From a virus (taxonomy: Duplodnaviria > Caudoviricetes): 36,578 bases of DNA. Shown piece by piece: positions 8,614 to 14,994 of the stretch. The translations under genes and the position numbers were made by a program. How positions within the stretch are numbered: the first letter of the stretch is position 1; each line of letters begins with the position of its first letter. The notes beneath the pieces are model-generated. The model was not told the origin of the DNA and did not search any database. It worked only from the letters and a program-made list of their open reading frames with translations. The stretch covers positions 1-36,578 of IMG/VR virus record IMGVR_UViG_3300021427_000055; one strand, given 5' to 3'.

Positions 8614-9512
8614 GGCAATCTCCCTTTACTATCTTCGAACTCAATTCTGTCGTAAACAATGCCATCGACATTAAAATCGAGTAGAATAGCCCCTTCGAAA
8701 CCATTGACGAAATCTCGAACACGAGTATTCTTGGTATCGTCAAAGATCCCGAAGTTAACGAAATCATCACCAGCTCCGAGTAGCCAACCTACCACAGTAC
8801 CAGCCTTCGATCTAGGAATTCCGAGCATGTCGTAGACCTCGTTTAAGAACACATGACCACGCGCATGCAAGAGATCGTTGGCATAATTCTGCTGGCACTT
8901 GAGAAAGACTAGATTGTATTCTGGATCTTTATTCCAGGAGGGGGAGGATCCATCGAAGAAGCGAGCATAGACCGATGGATCACCTGGACCCACTCGCACT
9001 AACTTCTTCTTCTTACCCTTTTCCTCGATCTCAATCTCTCTCGTACCATAACGGAGATTACGATCTTCCTCTTCCCCGTACTTAGAAACTACACGGGATC
9101 GATATTCCGCAAATCCCTTCTCGAGCGCAGCATACGCTGCAGTCAAGCCAGCATTCCGGCTACTGAGAATCTGGTGCGACTTGGTCAGACATGCAATTGA
9201 CGCTCCACCAATAATAATCGCGGGAGCATACAGTCGGACAATCTTTACTGCAGTCTGGACGCGAATAACCTGAACATCCTTTTGGCGATCTCTTTCGCTG
9301 TAGTCAGGATGCTCTAGATTCTTCGCAATGTGTAGCTTTTCCCCAGCTTCGTCCAGGACGTCGTCCATCTTCAACGTAGCCCGACACGCCAGAACAGTGC
9401 TTCCAACGACGCCGACAATACCAACGCCGAACAGAATCTGTGGAGAATTCTTCTGTAGAAGCAGCTGGTTACGGGCAAGTGCTCTAGTAACCGCTACCGG
9501 AACTAAACTCAT
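8592..9512 (-). CDS. DUF6353-like protein
   Basis: KNSPQILFGVGIVGVVGSTVLAC N-terminus and GHVFLNEVYDMLG...VVGW C-terminus. Family name assigned from memory. Confidence 0.7.
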   Translation of the reverse strand: MSLVPVAVTRALARNQLLLQKNSPQILFGVGIVGVVGSTVLACRATLKMDDVLDEAGEKLHIAKNLEHPDYSERDRQKDVQVIRVQTAVKIVRLYAPAIIIGGASIACLTKSHQILSSRNAGLTAAYAALEKGFAEYRSRVVSKYGEEEDRNLRYGTREIEIEEKGKKKKLVRVGPGDPSVYARFFDGSSPSWNKDPEYNLVFLKCQQNYANDLLHARGHVFLNEVYDMLGIPRSKAGTVVGWLLGAGDDFVNFGIFDDTKNTRVRDFVNGFEGAILLDFNVDGIVYDRIEFEDSKGRLPWRQQES

Positions 9513-9550
9513 TATTACTCCCTTACAGTAACTTTAATTGCGGATCGGAA

Positions 9551-10165
9551 TTAATCAAGGGGCTCGGGGTCCGGAAGGTCCAAAAGATAACCGTCGCGTA
9601 TTCGAGTAACTCCGGATCCTCTAAAATCCGTCCAGCCCCACTTATGATCCGTGTGAGTGGAAGCAAGACCAACAAGTTCGTACAGATCTGCAACTGTTGC
9701 TGATTCATAACGACTCACCAGGTCGAATAGTCGGTCGATTACTTCTTCGGCTTCTACTCTCGAATCAAGCACGATCTCATCGAAATCATGCCTAGCTCGA
9801 GATTGACGACTGATTGCTCTTGGTGGAGTACTTACACCACTACCCATGGGGCCTGAATATCTATTATAGCTAACATATCCAGTTGCGCCTGCTTGGGGAG
9901 AAGATGCTCCTCGTCGTCGACGTGACTCTCCAAAGATTAGCTTCTCGATACCAGCTGATCCGGCCTCTACGACCATATCTTTTGCTGCGGGAAGCAGCAC
10001 ATCGAACATTACGTATCGGACAGCAGTTTTCATATCACCAGCTACAAACGTTTCTGAGAGTTGTTTACGGAGAGACTTTCTCTTTCGGGTCACTTCTCCC
10101 GAAGTAACGCGCTCTATTTTCTTCTTAGATGCTTCGCTATTAGGAGGAAATTCAGACGGTTCCAT
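9551..10165 (-). CDS. Conserved phage hypothetical protein (204 aa)
   Basis: ORF with AAGGA RBS. C-terminal ATVADLYELVG...KWGW motif resembles those of the flanking DUF6353-like proteins. Confidence 0.8.
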   Translation of the reverse strand: MEPSEFPPNSEASKKKIERVTSGEVTRKRKSLRKQLSETFVAGDMKTAVRYVMFDVLLPAAKDMVVEAGSAGIEKLIFGESRRRRGASSPQAGATGYVSYNRYSGPMGSGVSTPPRAISRQSRARHDFDEIVLDSRVEAEEVIDRLFDLVSRYESATVADLYELVGLASTHTDHKWGWTDFRGSGVTRIRDGYLLDLPDPEPLD

Positions 10166-10183
10166 TTACATCCTTAGTTAGAC

Positions 10184-10216
10184 AAAAGCTAAAGACCATG
10201 TTTCAGGCCTTTAGCT
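10184..10216 (-). terminator. Repeated hairpin terminator, copy 1
   Basis: AGCTAAAGGC-CTGAAACATG-GTCTTTAGCT-TTT right after the stop of 10222..10485. 31/33 identical to 14631..14663. Confidence 0.75.
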
Positions 10217-10221
10217 CCAAC

Positions 10222-10485
10222 TTACTTCTTCTTAGTTGCAGGGGTTTCCTCTGTCTTGCGACTCTCAAGCCAGTTGGCGACTGTATCGATATTCTGTTCG
10301 ATGTGCTTGGAAGACTGATCGACGAGCATCGATGCAAGAACGAATGCGCCAGTATTGACTGTAACCTTTTGAAAGGTGGTCGTAATGACGACGTTATTCT
10401 TGATGACATCTCCGAGAATCTTCCCGACACCGAGACCAGCAACGATTTGTGCGGCCAACTTGGCCTGAGGCAAATATGGAAACAT
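10222..10485 (-). CDS. Cassette-encoded small hydrophobic protein (87 aa)
   Basis: Between motif copy 2 and the repeated terminator. AGGAG RBS and two moderately hydrophobic helices. Confidence 0.8.
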   Translation of the reverse strand: MFPYLPQAKLAAQIVAGLGVGKILGDVIKNNVVITTTFQKVTVNTGAFVLASMLVDQSSKHIEQNIDTVANWLESRKTEETPATKKK

Positions 10486-10511
10486 TTACATCTCCTAAGT
10501 AGTAGGGTTTC

Positions 10512-10536
10512 ATTATACGGGATGTTTATTATACGA
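10512..10536 (-). promoter_or_regulatory. 25-nt repeated promoter-like motif, copy 2
   Basis: TCGTATAATAAACATCCCGTATAAT, overlapping the stop codon of the upstream gene. Confidence 0.7.
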
Positions 10537-11041
10537 CTGTTAGATCCCCTGAAACGATACGAGCCGTTGCAGCTCTAAGCTCCTCGATGCTCAGTTTGTC
10601 GAGCTCAGCCTGAGTAATGGTTGTCGGGAGCTCGGGAACCACAGCAAGGTCTCCTCTAACTACCTTTGCTGCCTCATCTGCCATTCCCTTCGGAATAATT
10701 CCGTTGACGAATTCGGTAGCCGAAGCAGCATTCGTGCACAATTCCATGAAAAGCACAGAATATGCTTCGCTTGACTCAAACTCTTCCCGAATCTTCGTAT
10801 TCTTAACAAAGCGCTTACCATCAGCTGACCTCTGTCCATAGGAATCGAGAATAATCTTCTTGAAATGAGCGATAATAGCCTTACCATCTTCTGAAGCGAC
10901 AATTTCCTTCAAAGCTTCAGACAAGCCACCTGCCTCGCTCATCTCGAGTTCTACGATCTCGGCTTTCGAAAGATGGAAGAAGAAATCTTCAGTAACTTCC
11001 TCTTCGTTGAAGTTGGTGTAGGTGATTGACTTTCTAAGCAC
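10529..11041 (-). CDS. Conserved phage protein (170 aa)
   Basis: MLRKSITYTNFNEEEVTEDFFFHLSKAEIVELEMS...SYGQRSADGKRFVK pattern, GTG start with GGAGG RBS. Function unclear. Confidence 0.8.
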   Translation of the reverse strand: MLRKSITYTNFNEEEVTEDFFFHLSKAEIVELEMSEAGGLSEALKEIVASEDGKAIIAHFKKIILDSYGQRSADGKRFVKNTKIREEFESSEAYSVLFMELCTNAASATEFVNGIIPKGMADEAAKVVRGDLAVVPELPTTITQAELDKLSIEELRAATARIVSGDLTVV

Positions 11042-11232
11042 GTAGCCTCCAAATCAAATATAGCCTTTAGTACGTCCCCTTCACGAACCACAACATGGCG
11101 AGATCCGTGGTCATCTGTTGATATTACACTAATCTCGTACCATTCGCTCGTTTGTCTTGTAATTCGACGTACTTTTACAATTTCAAAAGTAACTTCGTTT
11201 CGTATGATTGTATCACTCATTCTCGTAACCAA
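10951..11232 (-). CDS. Hypothetical protein
   Basis: Fills the gap between neighbours. The start is uncertain (MSDTIIRNEV is likely) and it overlaps the next gene by about 90 nt. Confidence 0.5.
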   Translation of the reverse strand: MVTRMSDTIIRNEVTFEIVKVRRITRQTSEWYEISVISTDDHGSRHVVVREGDVLKAIFDLEATCLESQSPTPTSTKRKLLKISSSIFRKPRS

Positions 11233-11258
11233 TGGGTAGCATCACATACATACTCTCT

Positions 11259-12071
11259 TCAGGCGTCGTGCAGAGCTCTGTGATAGTCTGCAATGGGTGG
11301 ATTCTTGAAGTCGATTGCAATGCATGGTCTTGAATCTGGAGTCATGGTGGTAGAGAACACAACCTCCATTTGATGATTCATGTTCCAGCCGACATTATCG
11401 GAATATGTCGTCGCGGGAAGACCAATCTGATCAAAGAACTCACTCAAACTCGCAGAGCCAAAGTGAATCAATTCCCAGTTGATCTTGTTTTCCGCACGCT
11501 TGATATCTTCAACTGTGCTTGTGAAATATCGCCCAGTGTTCATGTCGTAGCAGAGAACCTCGCCCGTACCTACGGCGATAACCTCTCGATTTGCTACATT
11601 GTTGGTGACACGATCCTGAGCAATCTCATCCTGCATGTTTCGAGCCTTGTTCTCACCCAAGCGCTCTACGACCTTAGCCTTGTATTCCTGAAGAGCTCGA
11701 TCTGAGAGACCTCCAGCAATAGCCAAAGCCGCGATCTTCTTGGATGCAATTCTGTTTGCTGCAACGATAGCCGTTACAGTAGCCGCACCCATCAGAACGG
11801 GTGGGATATAAAGGCGCCAAGTCATCCTGACCTTGGATGCTAGTGTTAGATCATAGATTCCTGCTACATGACCATTCTCGATCTCTTTGTCGTTCTCTTC
11901 GATCTGTAGTCTTTCCTCGTCGATGATCCGAGCAGCCTTGAATGAGGCAGTTCCGCTCAAATATGCAGTTGTGACTGTACCAACAACACCTACACCCGTG
12001 AGGATGGTTCTCGAGTTCTCATTTGCAAGAATTTTTACGTACCGAACTTTGTCGGCTAGCATATTAATCAT
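11259..12071 (-). CDS. DUF6353-like protein, paralog of 8592..9512
   Basis: ENSRTILTGVGVVGTVTTAYL N-terminus and ASLSEFFDQIGLP...NVGW C-terminus. Confidence 0.7.
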   Translation of the reverse strand: MINMLADKVRYVKILANENSRTILTGVGVVGTVTTAYLSGTASFKAARIIDEERLQIEENDKEIENGHVAGIYDLTLASKVRMTWRLYIPPVLMGAATVTAIVAANRIASKKIAALAIAGGLSDRALQEYKAKVVERLGENKARNMQDEIAQDRVTNNVANREVIAVGTGEVLCYDMNTGRYFTSTVEDIKRAENKINWELIHFGSASLSEFFDQIGLPATTYSDNVGWNMNHQMEVVFSTTMTPDSRPCIAIDFKNPPIADYHRALHDA

Positions 12072-12084
12072 AAAATGAGCCTTT

Positions 12085-12225
12085 CTAAAATGGTTGGTTA
12101 CGCTTGCGCATCTCTCGGATGAAGATCCAGATTAACCAGAACCCGTAGGTGAGGACAGTCATGAAAACGTCGCCGACGAATTTCCAAAATCCGTAGCTTT
12201 TCTTCTCTACTACATAAATGAACAC
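12085..12225 (-). CDS. Small membrane protein (46 aa)
   Basis: Manual translation from GTG with GGAGGAGG RBS: MFIYVVEKKSYGFWKFVGDVFMTVLTYGFWLIWIFIREMRKRNQPF. Confidence 0.75.
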   Translation of the reverse strand: MFIYVVEKKSYGFWKFVGDVFMTVLTYGFWLIWIFIREMRKRNQPF

Positions 12226-12246
12226 GAACACCTCCTCCCAGAGACG

Positions 12247-12314
12247 AAAAAAAATAGAGGGGCTGTAGCATCGGCTACAGCTCTATCTCCATCGTAAGAT
12301 GGAAATATTCCTCT
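12247..12314 (-). ncRNA. Candidate small structured RNA 2 (three-way junction, protein-free cassette)
   Basis: Follows motif copy 3. Closing stem AATAGAGG/CCTCTATT, hairpins TCCATC/GATGGA and GCTGTAGC/GCTACAGC, then T8. Confidence 0.55.
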
Positions 12315-12339
12315 ATTAAATAGTATGTTTTTTCTGCGA
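12315..12339 (-). promoter_or_regulatory. 25-nt repeated promoter-like motif, copy 3
   Basis: TCGCAGAAAAAACATACTATTTAAT. Confidence 0.75.
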
Positions 12340-12342
12340 GGT

Positions 12343-12418
12343 GTTGAGGGGTAGTTCCTACTAGGCGGGCTAATCCACCCGAGGTGATACTTAATCCATT
12401 CGGCCACTACCCCTCAAC
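12343..12418. repeat. 13-bp perfect inverted repeat enclosing 50 nt
   Basis: GTTGAGGGGTAGT (12343-12355) / ACTACCCCTCAAC (12406-12418). Confidence 0.7.
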
Positions 12419-12428
12419 TTTTATAGAT

Positions 12429-12518
12429 CTATCTCTTCCACCATCTCGGATCAGGCATTCCGGCGTAAAACCATCCGCCAATACCGCCGATCATTAGTCC
12501 GAGCAGTATACCAGGCAT
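12429..12518 (-). CDS. Small TM peptide (29 aa)
   Basis: Manual translation MPGILLGLMIGGIGGWFYAGMPDPRWWKR, with GAGGTG RBS. Confidence 0.6.
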   Translation of the reverse strand: MPGILLGLMIGGIGGWFYAGMPDPRWWKR

Positions 12519-12525
12519 TTCACCT

Positions 12526-12621
12526 CTAATACAGTAGAAGGATTGGCAGGACGATGAGCACGAAGAAGAATCCAAGAATCAGGAATACAGCTTCACGCGG
12601 AGTAGGCCAACGCCAGGTCAT
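12526..12621 (-). CDS. Small TM peptide (31 aa)
   Basis: Manual translation MTWRWPTPREAVFLILGFFFVLIVLPILLLY. ATGA overlap with the upstream stop. Confidence 0.65.
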   Translation of the reverse strand: MTWRWPTPREAVFLILGFFFVLIVLPILLLY

Positions 12622-13109
12622 AGTGCTGTCCCCCAAGCATGATAGCCATCACCCCGGAGACGAATCCAAACCTCCGGAGTCAAGGCAAATGGTAGTGGCT
12701 CACCGATCCAGGTGAACTTCCCCTCAGTGAATCGCTTCCATGACCACTTCCCATTCCACTGAACTTCGTTGTCGATGTGACCAGAGAAGACCCACAGACC
12801 GAACTGGTAAGTCGATCGATGAGAGTTCACCAGTACAATCTGCGTCCCATTCCAACAGAAGTCATCGATGGTCAGTCGATAGCGCCATACGACGATACCA
12901 ACCGAAGAGCGTCGAATTCGTTGTACTGTGAAAGGAGTTGCCCAACACTTGACCACTGCGACATTGGCAAGTGAGAGAGCCTGATTGACTTGAACTGCAG
13001 GCTTCTTTGAAGCCGTGGCTCCTGCTGATGCATCAGTTGCCCAGACGGTCAGGGCTGAGAAAACGCATAGCAAGGTAATAATCCATTTCTGACGGCTGGT
13101 AATAGTCAC
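12618..13109 (-). CDS. Secreted protein (signal peptide, Trp-rich beta domain, about 163 aa)
   Basis: Likely GTG start at 13109 after GGGAGG. MTITSRQKWIITLLCVFSALTVWATDASA resembles a Sec signal, and the mature part has two Cys. Confidence 0.75.
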   Translation of the reverse strand: MTITSRQKWIITLLCVFSALTVWATDASAGATASKKPAVQVNQALSLANVAVVKCWATPFTVQRIRRSSVGIVVWRYRLTIDDFCWNGTQIVLVNSHRSTYQFGLWVFSGHIDNEVQWNGKWSWKRFTEGKFTWIGEPLPFALTPEVWIRLRGDGYHAWGTAL

Positions 13110-13614
13110 GATCCTCCCTTTGAGCTTCGACAACATAGCGAAACTTAGCTGACCCATCAGGCCAGCACATCACTAGAAATACTCGCTCATCTTCGAGCGT
13201 TGGTTCAAAAGCTTTCCAGGCATTCGCCCTTACTTTGCTATGACCAACTACACGATAAATATAGCGGCCGTAGGGCATGCGTATAGTAATACGTGCCCCT
13301 CGTTTTAGCTCATCGATCTCGTTGAAGACGCCGTGTGGTCTCCCATACATCGACGTCACATTGTGTCCGAATAAGACAATATTACCGCCCATACCCGGAC
13401 TGTACGTACTTGGTAGGTGGCCCACCGCTTGGTCAAGCACACGCTTGCCTGACCCACGTGGTGGTAATTGCCGAATTGGAGCACGGATGTCAATTGCTGG
13501 AATAGCAACCGTGCCATACTTTGCGGCTGTGGGAGGCGGTGTCCACTCAACCACCGCGGGAGCCACGGCGGGGGCAACCGAGAAGGTCACCGCCGCCATG
13601 AACTCCGCGAACAT
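13033..13614 (-). CDS. Sortase (class D/E-like cysteine transpeptidase)
   Basis: Likely start MFAEFMAA at 13614. Motifs GTVAIPAIDI, AVGHLPSTYSPGMGGNIVLFGH (His), FNEIDELKRG, RMPYGRYIYRV, FLVMCWP (Cys), AKFRYVVEA (Arg). Confidence 0.88.
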   Translation of the reverse strand: MFAEFMAAVTFSVAPAVAPAVVEWTPPPTAAKYGTVAIPAIDIRAPIRQLPPRGSGKRVLDQAVGHLPSTYSPGMGGNIVLFGHNVTSMYGRPHGVFNEIDELKRGARITIRMPYGRYIYRVVGHSKVRANAWKAFEPTLEDERVFLVMCWPDGSAKFRYVVEAQREDRDYYQPSEMDYYLAMRFLSPDRLGN

Positions 13615-13627
13615 CGAGATCCTCTCT

Positions 13628-14308
13628 TTAGAGCGACTCGGGCAGATCACCCGACGGCGTCGTGTTTGACGTCGAAGGGACAACTACCGGAGGATTGGAA
13701 GTCTCGTCTCCACCATCATCCGGATCGTCGGGATCATCATCGGGCGGAGGCGGCTCTTCGTCACAACTCTCCGCATCGAACGAATCGAAAGTGACCTCGA
13801 ACTCAGACTGACCAATCAGCAAGAATCCGAGCAGAGTCTTGGCCGTAGCGGTAATCTGCACCGTCTGGCCTGGGGCGACTGTGCCCTCGACATCGTAATC
13901 GATAGCGTCGAGTCGCTCGAACAGAAGCGCAGCAACGCCCTGATTCTCACAGTCGGGCTGGTCTGCCGTGACTCCAGCGAAGACCTCGACCGCAGGCGGA
14001 TCAGGCGGCTCACAGACACCGAAACTATCGTTCTCATGTCCAGCGTTTGGCGTACCGTTCTCGTTGAAGTGACCCGCGGGACCGACGATGGCCACGATCG
14101 GGATGTTCAGATCGACGTAGTTGGCGGGATCACTTGCAAGACCCGCAACGTGACAGATGTCGAAGTGCGTGCTGTTCGGGATGCACTCCTCCTGGAACAA
14201 CGTCTCTCCACCCTCACACCCGTCGTCGGGCGGCGGCTGAGCCGACGCAGTAGCGACGCCGATGACCACAAGGATCATCATCGCAGCCATGGCCAAGTAC
14301 TTAATCAT
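13628..14308 (-). CDS. Secreted acidic/Pro-rich surface protein, putative sortase substrate (226 aa)
   Basis: ATG at 14308 with GAAGGAG RBS. Signal peptide ending ATASA, Cys/His domain, small beta domain, Asp/Pro/Thr linker, C-terminus GDLPESL-stop, 13 nt upstream of the sortase start. Confidence 0.8.
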   Translation of the reverse strand: MIKYLAMAAMMILVVIGVATASAQPPPDDGCEGGETLFQEECIPNSTHFDICHVAGLASDPANYVDLNIPIVAIVGPAGHFNENGTPNAGHENDSFGVCEPPDPPAVEVFAGVTADQPDCENQGVAALLFERLDAIDYDVEGTVAPGQTVQITATAKTLLGFLLIGQSEFEVTFDSFDAESCDEEPPPPDDDPDDPDDGGDETSNPPVVVPSTSNTTPSGDLPESL

Positions 14309-14343
14309 TTCTTCTCCTTCTCGAATTATGGATATGGTGGATA

Positions 14344-14389
14344 AAGATTTGCAAGTTTGACCTGTGCACAGACCCTTATTGCAAATCTT
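14344..14389. repeat. 11-bp inverted repeat with central palindrome
   Basis: AAGATTTGCAA/TTGCAAATCTT enclosing CTGTGCACAG, in the leader of the substrate gene. Confidence 0.6.
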
Positions 14390-14399
14390 AATATATACC

Positions 14400-14540
14400 A
14401 ACCCACCGCTGGACTATCCTGGCGCGAGCCAATATGCCCGCCACTTTCCTCTGCCAAGGCGGACGATTTGTTATGATGTCGGTGGCAGCCTGACATCTTT
14501 TTGTCGTCCCTCAATAAGCAGGATAGTCCAACGCTAGGTT
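14400..14540 (-). ncRNA. Candidate 141-nt structured RNA / leader element
   Basis: About 22-bp closing stem (core TGGACTATCCTG/CAGGATAGTCCA, G-U pairs on the minus strand). Inner GGACGA/TCGTCC and GATGTC/GACATC. Complementary loops CTGCCA/TGGCAG. Confidence 0.55.
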
Positions 14541-14543
14541 GAT

Positions 14544-14599
14544 AAAAAAAAGAATACAGCGAGATTTAGTTGTATAATCTCACATTCGGTATGTATTCT
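14544..14599 (-). ncRNA. Candidate small structured RNA 3 (protein-free cassette)
   Basis: Follows motif copy 4. AGAATACA/TGTATTCT closing stem, inner GTGAGATT/AATCTCGC, then T8. Confidence 0.5.
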
Positions 14600-14624
14600 A
14601 TTAAAGGATATGTTTTTCTTGCGA
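14600..14624 (-). promoter_or_regulatory. 25-nt repeated promoter-like motif, copy 4
   Basis: TCGCAAGAAAAACATATCCTTTAAT. Confidence 0.75.
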
Positions 14625-14630
14625 ACAGCA

Positions 14631-14663
14631 AAAAGCTAAAGACCATGTTTCAGATCTTTAGCT
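14631..14663 (-). terminator. Repeated hairpin terminator, copy 2
   Basis: AGCTAAAGAT-CTGAAACATG-GTCTTTAGCT-TTTT. Confidence 0.75.
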
Positions 14664-14670
14664 TCGTTAA

Positions 14671-14811
14671 CTACTGGACGGCAGCGGTCTTTCGACCCTT
14701 GAGGACGCTCCACACGGTGGTGGTCACCTTGGTCAGGACGCGGTCGACGATGACAGCGAGGACCCAGGCGAACACGACGGTAAGGATGCCCTTCAAAATC
14801 GAGTTCAACAT
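14671..14811 (-). CDS. Cassette-encoded small membrane protein (46 aa)
   Basis: Not in the ORF track. MLNSILKGILTVVFAWVLAVIVDRVLTKVTTTVWSVLKGRKTAAVQ, AAGGAGG RBS, between motif copy 5 and terminator copy 2. Confidence 0.8.
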   Translation of the reverse strand: MLNSILKGILTVVFAWVLAVIVDRVLTKVTTTVWSVLKGRKTAAVQ

Positions 14812-14838
14812 TGCTTTCCTCCTTGTAGTAAGGGGTTC

Positions 14839-14863
14839 ATTATACACCGTGTTATTTCTGCGA
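14839..14863 (-). promoter_or_regulatory. 25-nt repeated promoter-like motif, copy 5
   Basis: TCGCAGAAATAACACGGTGTATAAT. Confidence 0.75.
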
Positions 14864-14893
14864 GTATAAGGCTAATATCTAATCTTTATTCCA

Positions 14894-14919
14894 AAATCTC
14901 CCCCCGGGGATTTTTTAGG
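14894..14919. repeat. CCCCCGGGGA-T-tract motif, copy 1
   Basis: AAATCTCCCCCCGGGGATTTTTTAGG, 22/26 identical to 36487..36512. Confidence 0.6.
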
Positions 14920-14932
14920 ATTGAAAATTGAC

Positions 14933-14970
14933 AAAAAAATATGAAGAGCCGCGTTTGCGGCCCCTCATAT
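14933..14970 (-). terminator. Intrinsic terminator
   Basis: ATATGAGGGGCCGC-AAAC-GCGGCTCTTCATAT followed by a T-tract. Confidence 0.85.
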
Positions 14971-14994
14971 CTTAGAAATCTTCTTAGAGCGAAG

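Noticed and set aside
12210-12407. 65-aa minus-strand ORF in the track
   Set aside because: It runs through an inverted repeat, motif copy 3 and a T8-terminated structure, with no clear RBS. The region is better explained as non-coding.
13614-14401. Longer track starts for the sortase (13683) and the substrate (14401)
   Set aside because: The extensions overlap another gene or structured non-coding DNA. RBS and signal-peptide positions support 13614 and 14308.
1122-14540. Structured elements as tRNAs, known ribozymes or a lysine riboswitch
   Set aside because: No cloverleaf with T-loop, no hammerhead CUGANGA/GAAA core, and no twister or pistol consensus found by eye. The 14400-14540 element lacks the lysine riboswitch loop-E motifs. 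An Rfam search is still needed.
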